From: Planctomycetia bacterium
Lineage (GTDB): Bacteria; Planctomycetota; Planctomycetia; Pirellulales; UBA1268
Assembly (NCBI GenBank): GCA_037129475.1
Contig: JBAXUY010000005.1
Span: 1-59,008, forward strand
Length of the DNA: 59,008 bases
Direction of reading: 5' to 3'
Every line of letters starts with the position of its first letter. Position 1 is the stretch's first letter. Of this stretch, positions 9,648-18,388 are shown piece after piece. Both the position numbers and the translations under genes were made by a program. The notes below the pieces were generated by a model, which was given only the letters and a program-made list of their open reading frames with translations, ran no database searches and was not told the DNA's origin.

Positions 9648-11567
9648 ATGGCCACGACGGTCTCCCGATTCACCATGCGGCGCCTTGCCGGCGCGTTCGC
9701 TCTCCAGGTCGCCCTCGTGGCGACGACTGGCGCGGCCCAGCCGACGGTCGAATATGCCCTCGGTCTCTCCCCGTTCCAGAAGAATGTCGAGTACGACCGC
9801 GTGGCGGCCGACCAGGTGAAGGCCTGCACGATCAAGATGGAGAAGGAGGGCGGCCTCAACGCCTGGGTCGTGCGCGGACCCCGCGGCGAGGTTTTGCGGT
9901 CGTTCTCCGACACCAATGCCGACCGCGTCGTCGACCGCTGGAGTTATTACAAGGACGGTGCCGAGGTCTACCGCGACGTCGATTCCAACCACAACACGAA
10001 AGCCGATCAGGCGCGCTGGCTCGGTGCCGGCGGCAGCCGGTGGGGTGTCGACGAGGACGAGAACGGCTCGATCGACAGTTGGAAGGTGATCTCGGCCGAG
10101 GAGGCCACGGCGGAGATCGTCGAGGCCCTCCGCTCCCGTGAGGCGTCGGTGTTCACGCGGCTCTTGCCGACCAACGCCGACCTGCAGGCCGCCGGCTTCG
10201 AGGACCCGCTGCTGAGCGAACTCACGGCCCGGGTGACGGCCGCGGCGAAGGGGTTCGCGAAGCTCGTGGCGGCCCCGAGCAACACGCTCGGGCCCCAGGC
10301 CCGCTGGAACAACATGCTCGCACCGCAGCCGGGCACGCTGCCGGCGGGTACGGCGGGCGTGGCCAAGGACGTGACTGCGTATGACAACGTGGTCGCGCTC
10401 GTGGACGGCGGCGACGGCAAGTCGGGCGGCCCCGGACAGATCTACGTCGGGTCGCTCGTGCGCATCGGCGACGCCTGGCGGCCGGTCGACCTGCCGCAAT
10501 TGCCCGGGACGCAGGGGGAGATCGCGGATGCCACGGGGTTCTTCTCGCCGCGCGCGAGCGAGCGCGGCGGCGGGGAAACGGGCGGGCAGGATAGTGAAAA
10601 GCTCAAGCCGCTCCTGGCGAAGCTGCGCGACATCGAAACGAAGCTGTCGACGGCCGATCTCGCCACCCGGCGGCAGTTGGCGGGCGAGCAGGTGGCCCTG
10701 CTCGAGCAGGTCACGGCCGCAGCCGATGCCGCCGAAAAGCCGTTCTGGGTGAAGCAACTCGCGGAGACGGTCGCCGCCGGCGTGCAGGACGGGGCGCTGC
10801 CCGAGGGCATCAAGCGGCTCGAGCAGCTGGCGGGTGCCGTGTCGGCCGACGAATCGCTCGAAGCGTTCGTGCGGTTCCGGCTCGCTTCCGCCCGGTACGC
10901 CGCGGGGATGCAGGAGTCCGGGGCTGACGTGGCGAAGGTGCAGGCGGCGTGGCTCGACGACCTGAAGCAGTTCGTGGAGAAGCATCCACAGGCCCCTGAC
11001 GCCGCCGAGGCGATGCTGCAGATGGGCATTTCCGACGAATTCTCGGGCAACGAGAAGGAGGCGATCGAGCGGTACGCTGCGATCGTGAAGGGGTTCCCCG
11101 AATCGCCGTCGGCGCGGAAGGCCCGTGGTGCCGCACGGCGGCTCGAGAGCGTGGGCAAGCCGCTCGCGCTCTCCGGCACCGGCATCGACGGCCGGCCCAT
11201 CGCCGTCGAGTCGCTGCGCGGACGGCCCGTGCTCGTTCACTACTGGGCCACGTGGTGCGAGCCCTGCAAGGTCGACATCGCGCAGATCCGCGAACTCTAT
11301 GCGAAGTATGGCCCCAAGAAGTTCGCCGTGGTCGGCATCGCGCTCGACACCGACAAGGCGCAGCTCGCGAAGTTCCTGGCCGCCAAGCCGATCCCGTGGC
11401 CACAGTTGCACGAGGCGGGCGGCCTCGATGGACGGCTGGCCGAGGAGCTCGGGGTGCTCACGCTGCCGACCATGCTCCTCGTCGACGCCCAGGGGAACGT
11501 GGTCGATCGCAACCTCGTGATCACCGACCTGGAAAAGAAGCTCGACTCGCTTCTCGGCGCAAACTGA
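9648..11567 (+). CDS. Secreted TlpA/ResA-like thiol-disulfide oxidoreductase with a long N-terminal and TPR-like region
   Basis: The C-terminus reads LRGRPVLVHYWATWCEPCKVDIAQIRELYAKYGPKKFAVVGIALD, a redoxin fold with a CxxC. The start is at MATTVSRF, preceded by AGGAAGGA. Confidence 0.8.
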   Translation: MATTVSRFTMRRLAGAFALQVALVATTGAAQPTVEYALGLSPFQKNVEYDRVAADQVKACTIKMEKEGGLNAWVVRGPRGEVLRSFSDTNADRVVDRWSYYKDGAEVYRDVDSNHNTKADQARWLGAGGSRWGVDEDENGSIDSWKVISAEEATAEIVEALRSREASVFTRLLPTNADLQAAGFEDPLLSELTARVTAAAKGFAKLVAAPSNTLGPQARWNNMLAPQPGTLPAGTAGVAKDVTAYDNVVALVDGGDGKSGGPGQIYVGSLVRIGDAWRPVDLPQLPGTQGEIADATGFFSPRASERGGGETGGQDSEKLKPLLAKLRDIETKLSTADLATRRQLAGEQVALLEQVTAAADAAEKPFWVKQLAETVAAGVQDGALPEGIKRLEQLAGAVSADESLEAFVRFRLASARYAAGMQESGADVAKVQAAWLDDLKQFVEKHPQAPDAAEAMLQMGISDEFSGNEKEAIERYAAIVKGFPESPSARKARGAARRLESVGKPLALSGTGIDGRPIAVESLRGRPVLVHYWATWCEPCKVDIAQIRELYAKYGPKKFAVVGIALDTDKAQLAKFLAAKPIPWPQLHEAGGLDGRLAEELGVLTLPTMLLVDAQGNVVDRNLVITDLEKKLDSLLGAN

Positions 11568-11652
11568 GCGGATTGCGAAGCGGCCGAAGGCGCGGTTTGG
11601 CTTTGCACCATCGGCCGAGCGTCGCTACGGTGCCGCTCCCTGCCGCGGGTCT

Positions 11653-11943
11653 GTGCATCTCCGGAGTCGGTTCATGACGCTGTTCGCCCTTGCCGTGAGT
11701 CCTGTCTTGTGTGCGATGAGCGTCGTTCAGCTGCTCGGCCTGGCCGCGGCGGGCCTTGCCCGGCTCGCGGAGGGCACGCGCCACGAGCGCGGCTGCCAGT
11801 GGCTGCTCGTGGTCGCGCTGGCGGCGGTGGGAGGCCTGTGCGGTTTCGCCCTGCAGTTTGGGCCGGCGTCCGCGGCGTTCTGCGCGGTCACGCTCACGCT
11901 GATGACGATGATCGCCGTGTTCGACGTCAGTTCGCGTGGCTGA
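11653..11943 (+). CDS. Small hypothetical membrane protein
   Basis: It has three hydrophobic segments and third-position GC bias consistent with coding. I recognise no family, and the start may be at MTLFAL (11674). Confidence 0.4.
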   Translation: MHLRSRFMTLFALAVSPVLCAMSVVQLLGLAAAGLARLAEGTRHERGCQWLLVVALAAVGGLCGFALQFGPASAAFCAVTLTLMTMIAVFDVSSRG

Positions 11944-12117
11944 CTCGTTTGGCCCTGCTTGCGCCGTCGGCCCGCAGTGCCGCGGTTTCCTGGATTGCCG
12001 CGACGTTCGGCGTTTCCGTTTGAATCGGAAAAAAACTCCCCTCCGGTGCGACCGGCAGCCGAAATCAGTCTCCAGCGGTGGTTTATCCGCCTCCACTGCC
12101 GAGCCAAGGAGCCTGCC

Positions 12118-13287
12118 ATGTCCATTTCGAGGTCCGCATATCTGGCCGCCGTCGTCGTGTTGCTGACGACGACTGCCGTGAGCGCCGCCGATCTGGCGGC
12201 GAACGTCGCCGCCAAGATGAAGGAGTCGGGGGCCCTCAAGGGCTACCGGGTCAATGTAAAGGCCAAGGCGGGCACGGTCTGGCTCGAAGGAACCGTGTCC
12301 GACGCCCGCCAGATTGACGCCGCGATCGCTGCCGCCGAGGAGGTGACAGGGGTCGAGCGCGTGGTCAATCGCCTGTCGGTCGCAGGCCCGGCCCCGGCGG
12401 AGCGTGGCTTTAGCCTGCCAGCCTCGGTCCGGTCGCTCGTCGGGATGCCGTCACCCGCGGCCGCCCCGGAGGCCGAGGCCGACGCCGAGGTGGCTGCCGC
12501 CGAAGAGGTGCAGGCTGCCGAGCAGGCGCTGCTCGTCGATCGCGAAGACAAGGAAGGCGTCGTTGAATCCGGCATTGCCCTGACGCAGGCCGTGGGGCGC
12601 GCGATACCGCAACCGCAACCGCAACCGCAGCAGGCCGCGCCGGCAAAGCCCGCCCGGCAGTCGAAGCAGGCTGGCCCCCGACCGCTCGGCAGCCAGCAGG
12701 CCAAGCCCGTGCCGCAGCCGCGGCAGGCCCGCAACGCCGCCGGCGGCGTGCAACGCACGGCGATGAAAAGCCAGGTGTACGGCCAGCCGCTGATGATGCC
12801 CGGCTCCGACGAGGGCTATGTCGGCGGTGAGAATGCGGTCGTCGACGGCGGGTATCCCGCTCAGGGCGGACTCGTCGACGGTCAGATGGTGCCGGGTTCG
12901 ATGCGCTTCACCGAAGGTCCTGCGGGTGAATACTGCCCGCCGGGGCAAGGTGGCATGGGTGGTCGGGGTGGCATGGGCGGCCCGATGCCCATGGGCGCCG
13001 GCGGCATGGGCGGCCCGGGCATGGGTGGCGCGGGCGGCATGCCTGTGCCGGTGCGGGGCAACGGTCCCAACATGCCGAACTACGCCTGGCCGAGCTACGC
13101 CGCCTCTCCCAATTACGCGGCCCTCCAGTACCCCACGCAGTACTCACCGACGGCCTGGCCCTACATCGGCCCGTTCTATCCCTACCCGCAGGTGCCGCTC
13201 GGCTGGCGGCGGGTGTCGCTCGAGTGGGACGACGGCTGGTGGTGGCTCGACTTCGACGAGCGGCACGTGCACAGCCACCACCGCTGA
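12118..13287 (+). CDS. BON-domain protein with PQ repeats, a Gly/Met-rich segment and an aromatic-rich C-terminal module
   Basis: The start MSISRSAYLAAVVVLL (signal peptide) is preceded by AAGGAG. The BON motif is KGYRVNVKAKAGTVWLEGTVSDARQIDAAIAAAEEVTGVERVVNRLSV. Then come GGMGGRGGMGGPMPMGAGGMGGPGMGGAGGMP and ...PLGWRRVSLEWDDGWWWLDFDERHVHSHHR. Confidence 0.75.
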   Translation: MSISRSAYLAAVVVLLTTTAVSAADLAANVAAKMKESGALKGYRVNVKAKAGTVWLEGTVSDARQIDAAIAAAEEVTGVERVVNRLSVAGPAPAERGFSLPASVRSLVGMPSPAAAPEAEADAEVAAAEEVQAAEQALLVDREDKEGVVESGIALTQAVGRAIPQPQPQPQQAAPAKPARQSKQAGPRPLGSQQAKPVPQPRQARNAAGGVQRTAMKSQVYGQPLMMPGSDEGYVGGENAVVDGGYPAQGGLVDGQMVPGSMRFTEGPAGEYCPPGQGGMGGRGGMGGPMPMGAGGMGGPGMGGAGGMPVPVRGNGPNMPNYAWPSYAASPNYAALQYPTQYSPTAWPYIGPFYPYPQVPLGWRRVSLEWDDGWWWLDFDERHVHSHHR

Positions 13288-13487
13288 GCCGCCGACCGTC
13301 TGACCATGCACGAAGAGCCCGCCCCCGCCATCGCGAGGGCGGGCTTCTTCATGCGCCTTCCGGGGCACCGGGCACGGCCGCAGCCTTTGCGCCGCCGGAA
13401 AATCCCGCAAGTTTTCCACCGGCCTGGTCGATACAACCCGCAGAGATTTCCAGACGACCGCCCCGCGGGCAGCCCGAGGAGTTCGCC

Positions 13488-14066
13488 ATGAAGATTCGTG
13501 CCAGACTGATCGCCATCGCCCTCGTCGTCGCCACGGGCGCCGTCACGCAGAGCGGCTGTTTCTGGATCACGTCGGCCGGTCCCAATCTCGGCCCCCTCGC
13601 CTTCCCCATCCCGGTGCCGGTGGGCATCCAGAAGAGCAAGGAAGACCAGTTCTGGAACTACGAACGCTACGAGCGGGCCCCCGTGCTCGGCCCGATTCCG
13701 CCCGGCGGCCCGTGCGAGGCGGTCGACGAGCCGAGCGACGACGAGGTGATGCGGGCCCTGGAGAAGGCCCGGCCGGTGCAGGGCAACTGGCCCTTCCTGT
13801 ACGAGATCCAGCGGAACCACGTACGGATCACCAAGTGCAAGATCGCCGACTACCTCGATCCGCCTCGGCACTATCCGCTCGCGGGCCCCGCCCAGCTGCA
13901 CCACGCCCACTACAAGTGCACGGTCTACTTCCAGGAAGTGAAGCGGATCGGCTGGCCGGTGCCGCACACCTTGGTGGATGAAGACTGCCAGGAAGTGGTC
14001 TACATCGATCACGACCACCTGCACATGGTGGGCGACGTCGACACGGGCTGCAACGCAAACTTTTAG
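13488..14066 (+). CDS. Hypothetical lipoprotein
   Basis: MKIRARLIAIALVVATGAVTQSGC is a lipobox-type signal (L-x-x-C). The longer 280-aa ORF extension is Arg/Pro-rich and is rejected. Confidence 0.6.
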   Translation: MKIRARLIAIALVVATGAVTQSGCFWITSAGPNLGPLAFPIPVPVGIQKSKEDQFWNYERYERAPVLGPIPPGGPCEAVDEPSDDEVMRALEKARPVQGNWPFLYEIQRNHVRITKCKIADYLDPPRHYPLAGPAQLHHAHYKCTVYFQEVKRIGWPVPHTLVDEDCQEVVYIDHDHLHMVGDVDTGCNANF

Positions 14067-14233
14067 CCGCACTCCACGAGGCCTTGCCTCGTGTGCCGGT
14101 TGTGCGGGTGGCGAGCGGGGGCGGCAAAGGATTCGCCCGCTGGTGCCGCAGCGGTCGATGCCACCAGGGACGGGCGCTGCGCCGAGGGATTGGCCCGAGC
14201 TCCCGGTCTTTCATCCTGCTGGACTCGCTCGGC

Positions 14234-15094
14234 ATGGTGCCATGGATGGCCCGCTCAGTGACGTGGATGGTGTGCGGCTTTGCCGTGCTCACCGCCCTGC
14301 CCGTCTTCGCCCAGGGGCCGCGGGCCTGGGCCGGATCGACCGCGGCGCCGAAGCGGGCCGACGACGGGCGCCGCGCCGACGTGCGGATCGCCACGGCGCC
14401 TGAATCGGTGACCGCGGTCGGTGTCGCCGGTACCGAGGCCGACGACACGGCCATTCCCACGGGCAACCTGCTCGCGACGATCCGCGACGGCGGCATCCTC
14501 ATGGTGCCGCTTCTGGGCTGCTCGTTCCTGCTCGCCGCGTTCGGCTTCGAGCGGCTCGTGAGCCTGCGGTGGAGCCGCGTCGTGCCGAAGCCGTTCGTCA
14601 CGCGGTTCATCGAGCAACTCCAGGCCGGCACGCTCTCCCGCGGCGAGGCGCTCGACGCCTGTGATGAGAACGGCAGCCCTGCCGCACGGGTGTTCGCCGC
14701 CGCGGTGCGCCGCTGGGGCCGGCCCGCCGTCGAGATCGAGCAGGCGGCGATCGACGCGTGCGAACGCGAGGTGAACCACCTGCGCCGCTACCGCCGCGTG
14801 TTCAACGGCATCGCCACGATCGGCCCGCTTCTCGGTCTGCTCGGCACCGTCTTCGGCCTGATCCGCTCCTTCAACGACGTCGCCAGCTCCGGCGCGATGG
14901 GGCGGCCCGACCTCCTGGCCCGCGGGTTCGGCGAGGCGCTGATCACCACGGCGATGGGGCTGCTCGTGGCGATTCCGGCGATGGTGCTCCACTGGGTGTT
15001 CACGAGCCGGGTCGACCGGCTGGCGATGCGGCTCGACGAAACCTGCCAGCAGGTGATCGACGAGATCTCGCTCGAGGCCAAGGCGGGAGCCTGA
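14234..15094 (+). CDS. exbB: MotA/TolQ/ExbB-family proton channel
   Basis: ...GIATIGPLLGLLGTVFGLIRSFNDVA...GFGEALITTAMGLLVAIPAMVLHWVF is the ExbB/TolQ signature. The start is chosen at MVPWMARSV (signal/TM). Confidence 0.85.
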   Translation: MVPWMARSVTWMVCGFAVLTALPVFAQGPRAWAGSTAAPKRADDGRRADVRIATAPESVTAVGVAGTEADDTAIPTGNLLATIRDGGILMVPLLGCSFLLAAFGFERLVSLRWSRVVPKPFVTRFIEQLQAGTLSRGEALDACDENGSPAARVFAAAVRRWGRPAVEIEQAAIDACEREVNHLRRYRRVFNGIATIGPLLGLLGTVFGLIRSFNDVASSGAMGRPDLLARGFGEALITTAMGLLVAIPAMVLHWVFTSRVDRLAMRLDETCQQVIDEISLEAKAGA

Positions 15095-15098
15095 CACC

Positions 15099-15524
15099 AT
15101 GCCGCTCGTCCGCCTTGCCGACGACGAGGAGCCGGCGCCGAACCTCGCGCCCATGATCGACGTCGTGCTCGTGCTCACGATCTTCTTCATGTGCGCCACG
15201 AAGTTCTCCGGCGATGAACGGAAGTTCGACCTCGAGCTGCCGCAGGTGGGCGCGGCAGCGGCCGTCACGGGCAGCCGGCCGGAGATCGTCGAAGTGGACG
15301 AGACAGGCGGTCTGCGGCTCGCCGGTGAGGAGGTAACGCTGGGCGACCTGTCGGCGCGGCTGGCAACGCTGCGTGCAGACCGGCCGGAGATGGCCGTGCT
15401 GATCCGCGGGGCCAACGCGGTGTCGCACGGACGGATGGCGGAGGTCTACGAGGCCTGCCGGGTGGCCGACGTGCGGCACGTCGGCATTTCGGTGCAGGTG
15501 CGGGGCGAGACCCGGCGCCGGTGA
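15099..15524 (+). CDS. exbD: ExbD/TolR biopolymer transport protein
   Basis: ...NLAPMIDVVLVLTIFFM... followed by ...VLIRGANAVSHGRMAEVYEACRVADV is the typical ExbD layout. Confidence 0.85.
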   Translation: MPLVRLADDEEPAPNLAPMIDVVLVLTIFFMCATKFSGDERKFDLELPQVGAAAAVTGSRPEIVEVDETGGLRLAGEEVTLGDLSARLATLRADRPEMAVLIRGANAVSHGRMAEVYEACRVADVRHVGISVQVRGETRRR

Positions 15525-15539
15525 CGAGGGCACGCGGCG

Positions 15540-17138
15540 ATGCATCACCACTGGCTGCTCTGGGGCGGGCTCGCCGTCTGTTGTGCGGGCGGACTGGCGT
15601 TGGTCGCACATGCCCGCTGGCTGCAGTCGCAGACGCTGAAGAAGTGCGTGCTCCTCTCCGTCGGCGTGCACGCGGTGCTCGCGATCGTGGCGGCGTTCGT
15701 CGGCGTGGCCCGGCCCGCCTCGTGGGGGCAGGCCGACGACGGGCGGATGACGATGCACGTCGTGCCGGTCGCGGAATCACTCGATGAAGCCGCCGCCGAC
15801 GTGGCGGCGCTCCCGAACGAGGTCGAATCCGACGACGAGGCCGCGGCCGCCAGCAAGGCCAATGCCGCCGTCGATCCACCGCCGCCCGACCTCGTGCCGC
15901 TCCTGCCTGCGGTGGCGAATGCCGATGATGCGTCTTTGCCCGCCGACGCGGCCCAGTCCCCTGCCCCGTTGACCACCGACGGCGCGCGCCCGACACCGTC
16001 GGCCATCCCCCCGCTCTACACCGACCGCGTCGGCGTGAAGCGCGCGGCTGCGGCCGCCGCGCGGGGCGGGTCGCTCGAGACGGAGCGGGCTGTGCAGGCG
16101 GCGCTCGCCTGGCTGGCCGCGGCACAGGCGTCCGACGGGCGGTGGAGCGTGGTCGAGCACGGCGGCGGCGTGGAGCGGACCGTGCAAGGGCACGACCGCC
16201 GCGGGGCGGGCGCGAAAAGCGATCACGGCGTCACAGGCCTCGCGCTGCTCGCATTCCTGGGCGCGGGCCACACGCACCGCGACGGGCCCTATGCCAATGT
16301 GGTGGCCCGAGGACTCACGTTTCTCGTCGAGCGGCAGCGGGCCGACGGGTCGCTCGCCGGCGACGCCGAGTTTTTCGCGGCCCTCTACTGCCACGGCATG
16401 GCCACGCTCGCGCTCGGCGAGGCCTGTGCGCTCACGCAGGACGCCACGCTGCGACCGGCGGTCGATCGCGCCGTGCGTCACACGCTCGCAATGCAGCATC
16501 CGACGACGGGCGGCTGGAGATATGCCGCCGGCGATCGCGGCGACACGAGCCAATTGGGCTGGCAGGTGATGGTGCTGGCGACGGCGCGGCAGGCGGGGCT
16601 CGACGCCGGTATCGAACCGGCGGAGGTCCGGGCCCGCACGTTTCTCCAGAGTGTCTCGTCGGGCCGAGCGGGCGGGCTCGCTTCGTATCGCCGCGGCGAG
16701 CGGCCGAGCGTGGCGATGACGGCCGAGGCACTCGCGTGCCGGCTGTTTCTCGGCCTGCCGGTCGAGCATGCGGCGGTGCAGGAGGCGCTCGAGTCGCTCG
16801 CCGCGGCGCCTCCCGACGCCGCCCGTCCCAATGCCTACACCTGGTACTACGCCACGCTCGCGTCGTTTCATGCCGGTGGCCCGCAGTGGGAAGCGTGGAA
16901 CGCGCGGCTCCTGGCAGCCCTCCTGCCGCTGCAGCGCCAGGGGCCGGGAGCCCTTGCCGGCAGTTGGGATCCCGATCCGGTCTGGGGTGGCCACGGTGGC
17001 CGCGTGTACGCGACGGCGCTGTCCGCCATGACGCTCGAGGTGTATTACCGCCATGCCCCGGTGCACGAGCGGCAGAAGGCGTCGCGCGAGCGCACGCAAT
17101 TTGCTTCCCAGACCACCGGGATTAGACTTGAGAAGTGA
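15540..17138 (+). CDS. Membrane-anchored protein with a Pro/Ala-rich linker and prenyltransferase/squalene-oxidase (terpenoid-cyclase-like) repeats
   Basis: An N-terminal TM region and an acidic/Pro-rich spacer are followed by repeated motifs: AQASDGRWS, ERQRADGSL, QHPTTGGWRY, and ...GSWDPDPVWGGHGGRVYATALSAMTLEVYYRH. Confidence 0.8.
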   Translation: MHHHWLLWGGLAVCCAGGLALVAHARWLQSQTLKKCVLLSVGVHAVLAIVAAFVGVARPASWGQADDGRMTMHVVPVAESLDEAAADVAALPNEVESDDEAAAASKANAAVDPPPPDLVPLLPAVANADDASLPADAAQSPAPLTTDGARPTPSAIPPLYTDRVGVKRAAAAAARGGSLETERAVQAALAWLAAAQASDGRWSVVEHGGGVERTVQGHDRRGAGAKSDHGVTGLALLAFLGAGHTHRDGPYANVVARGLTFLVERQRADGSLAGDAEFFAALYCHGMATLALGEACALTQDATLRPAVDRAVRHTLAMQHPTTGGWRYAAGDRGDTSQLGWQVMVLATARQAGLDAGIEPAEVRARTFLQSVSSGRAGGLASYRRGERPSVAMTAEALACRLFLGLPVEHAAVQEALESLAAAPPDAARPNAYTWYYATLASFHAGGPQWEAWNARLLAALLPLQRQGPGALAGSWDPDPVWGGHGGRVYATALSAMTLEVYYRHAPVHERQKASRERTQFASQTTGIRLEK

Positions 17139-17188
17139 GCGATCCGCGGCTTGCCGCCGCCAGTCATGGAGTGCTTCAGGTGCCACAG

Positions 17189-17374
17189 ATGTTTGCGTTC
17201 ATGGGATTGGGAACGGTCGAGCTCATCATCGTGGCCGCGGTGATCCTCCTGCTGTTTGGTTCCCGGCTGCCGCGGGTGATGCGGTCGCTCGGCGAGGGCA
17301 TCGTCGAGTTCAAGCGCGGCGTGCAGGGCATCGAGGAAGACGGCTCGGCCAAGCGCGGCGACGGTCACCACTGA
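17189..17374 (+). CDS. tatA: Twin-arginine translocase TatA/E-family protein (copy 1)
   Basis: MFAFMGLGTVELIIVAAVILLLFGSRLPRVMRSLGEGIVEFKRGV is the TatA TM helix plus amphipathic helix. Confidence 0.8.
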   Translation: MFAFMGLGTVELIIVAAVILLLFGSRLPRVMRSLGEGIVEFKRGVQGIEEDGSAKRGDGHH

Positions 17375-17415
17375 ATCGTGCCGCCGACGCATCCTGCGCC
17401 CTGGAGACGCACCGC

Positions 17416-17697
17416 ATGTTCGGGCTCGGACCGGTCGAGATCGTGGTGATCGGCGCCATCGCCGTGATGCTGTATGGCAAGCGGCTGCCCGAAGTGGGGC
17501 GGTCGGTCGGCCAGGGGATCGGCGAACTGCGGAAGCAGATGGCGTCGCTCTCCCGCGAGATGGATCTGGCCGCCCATGTCGACGGCAGTGGCGCCAAGCG
17601 CACCTCGCGTCGGATCGGTGCCGGCGACGAGGGTCCCCAGGCCACCGGTCCGCGGTTCGACCCGCCGGCTGCCGCGGAGGAAACGGCCCCATCGTGA
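17416..17697 (+). CDS. Twin-arginine translocase TatA/TatB-family protein (copy 2)
   Basis: MFGLGPVEIVVIGAIAVMLYGKRLPEVGRSVGQGIGELRKQM... with a longer charged tail. It lies inside the frame of the 214-aa ORF 17053..17697, with the start at ATG 17416. Confidence 0.75.
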   Translation: MFGLGPVEIVVIGAIAVMLYGKRLPEVGRSVGQGIGELRKQMASLSREMDLAAHVDGSGAKRTSRRIGAGDEGPQATGPRFDPPAAAEETAPS

Positions 17698-17740
17698 CGG
17701 CTCAAGGTCGGGATGCTACGATCCCGAAGAATTGATCGCA

Positions 17741-17814
17741 GGGCGGCTAGCTCAGTTGGTTAGAGCGCTACGTTCACACCGTAGAGGTCACAGGTTCGAA
17801 TCCTGTGCCGCCCA
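17741..17814 (+). tRNA. tRNA-Val (anticodon CAC)
   Basis: GGGCGGCTAGCTCAGTTGGTTAGAGCGCTACGTTCACACCGTAGAGGTCACAGGTTCGAATCCTGTGCCGCCCA has a 7-bp acceptor stem, anticodon loop TTCACAC and the T-loop GGTTCGAATCC. Confidence 0.95.
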
Positions 17815-17901
17815 CTGGATGGTTGAGTGCTGAAAAGACGAATCAAAGCTACCTGCCCGCGGTGGGCAGTGCCTTCGGGATGCGGCTGAAAGCGCGGCAT
17901 T
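17778..17901 (+). repeat. Left copy of the ~124-nt imperfect direct repeat (tRNA-Val 3' half plus downstream element)
   Basis: It aligns with 25435-25558. The first 38 nt have 3 mismatches, followed by a 35-nt unrelated spacer of identical length, then about 52 nt at roughly 80% identity. Confidence 0.7.
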
Positions 17902-18180
17902 TCTAGCTTTCCCACTTTCGGGGTCAACGCGGCGCCCGGGGGCAGGTCAAAACTGACCGCCTCGCTGATCGTCGAGGGCCGTCTCCCGTGGGCCGCGGGG
18001 GCGCCGCGGTGTGAGATTGCCGCGAGGCTCGGCATCAGCATCGACACGCTTCGAGCCTGCGAGGCTGACCAACTGGTGGGCATGCCCCAGCGAATGCGCA
18101 GGATGAACTCGGGGCGACGGGGCGAGGTGCCCGACGAGGACGAGATCCGCCTTCGGTGCGCGATGCTGCGGCGGTCCTGA
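17890..18180 (+). pseudogene. Possible decayed HTH-protein gene next to the tRNA
   Basis: This open frame has no ATG near its 5' end and contains RCEIAARLGISIDTLRACE (HTH-like). It ends ...DEDEIRLRCAMLRRS-TGA. The same frame continues as PAERFIPLWKDGERLGHMAESAAF to 18255, so the TGA may be a mutated TGG. Confidence 0.2.
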
Positions 18181-18388
18181 CCTGCCGAGCGATTCATTCC
18201 GCTCTGGAAAGACGGCGAGCGGCTGGGACACATGGCCGAAAGCGCGGCGTTCTGAGGCGGCAGTGAGCCGCTATTTGCCGCTGCAACGGCCGCCATGCCC
18301 CAAGGTTGTCCCTGTCGTCTGGACAGTGGAAGGACTGCTCTCTGCAATAGAGGGGTATGCTCCCCAAACAACAGGTGAGAACCAGCGC

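Noticed and set aside
18178-18180. In-frame TGA as selenocysteine or programmed read-through
   Set aside because: No SECIS-like hairpin is evident downstream, and the ORF also lacks a start codon. Simple decay is more parsimonious.
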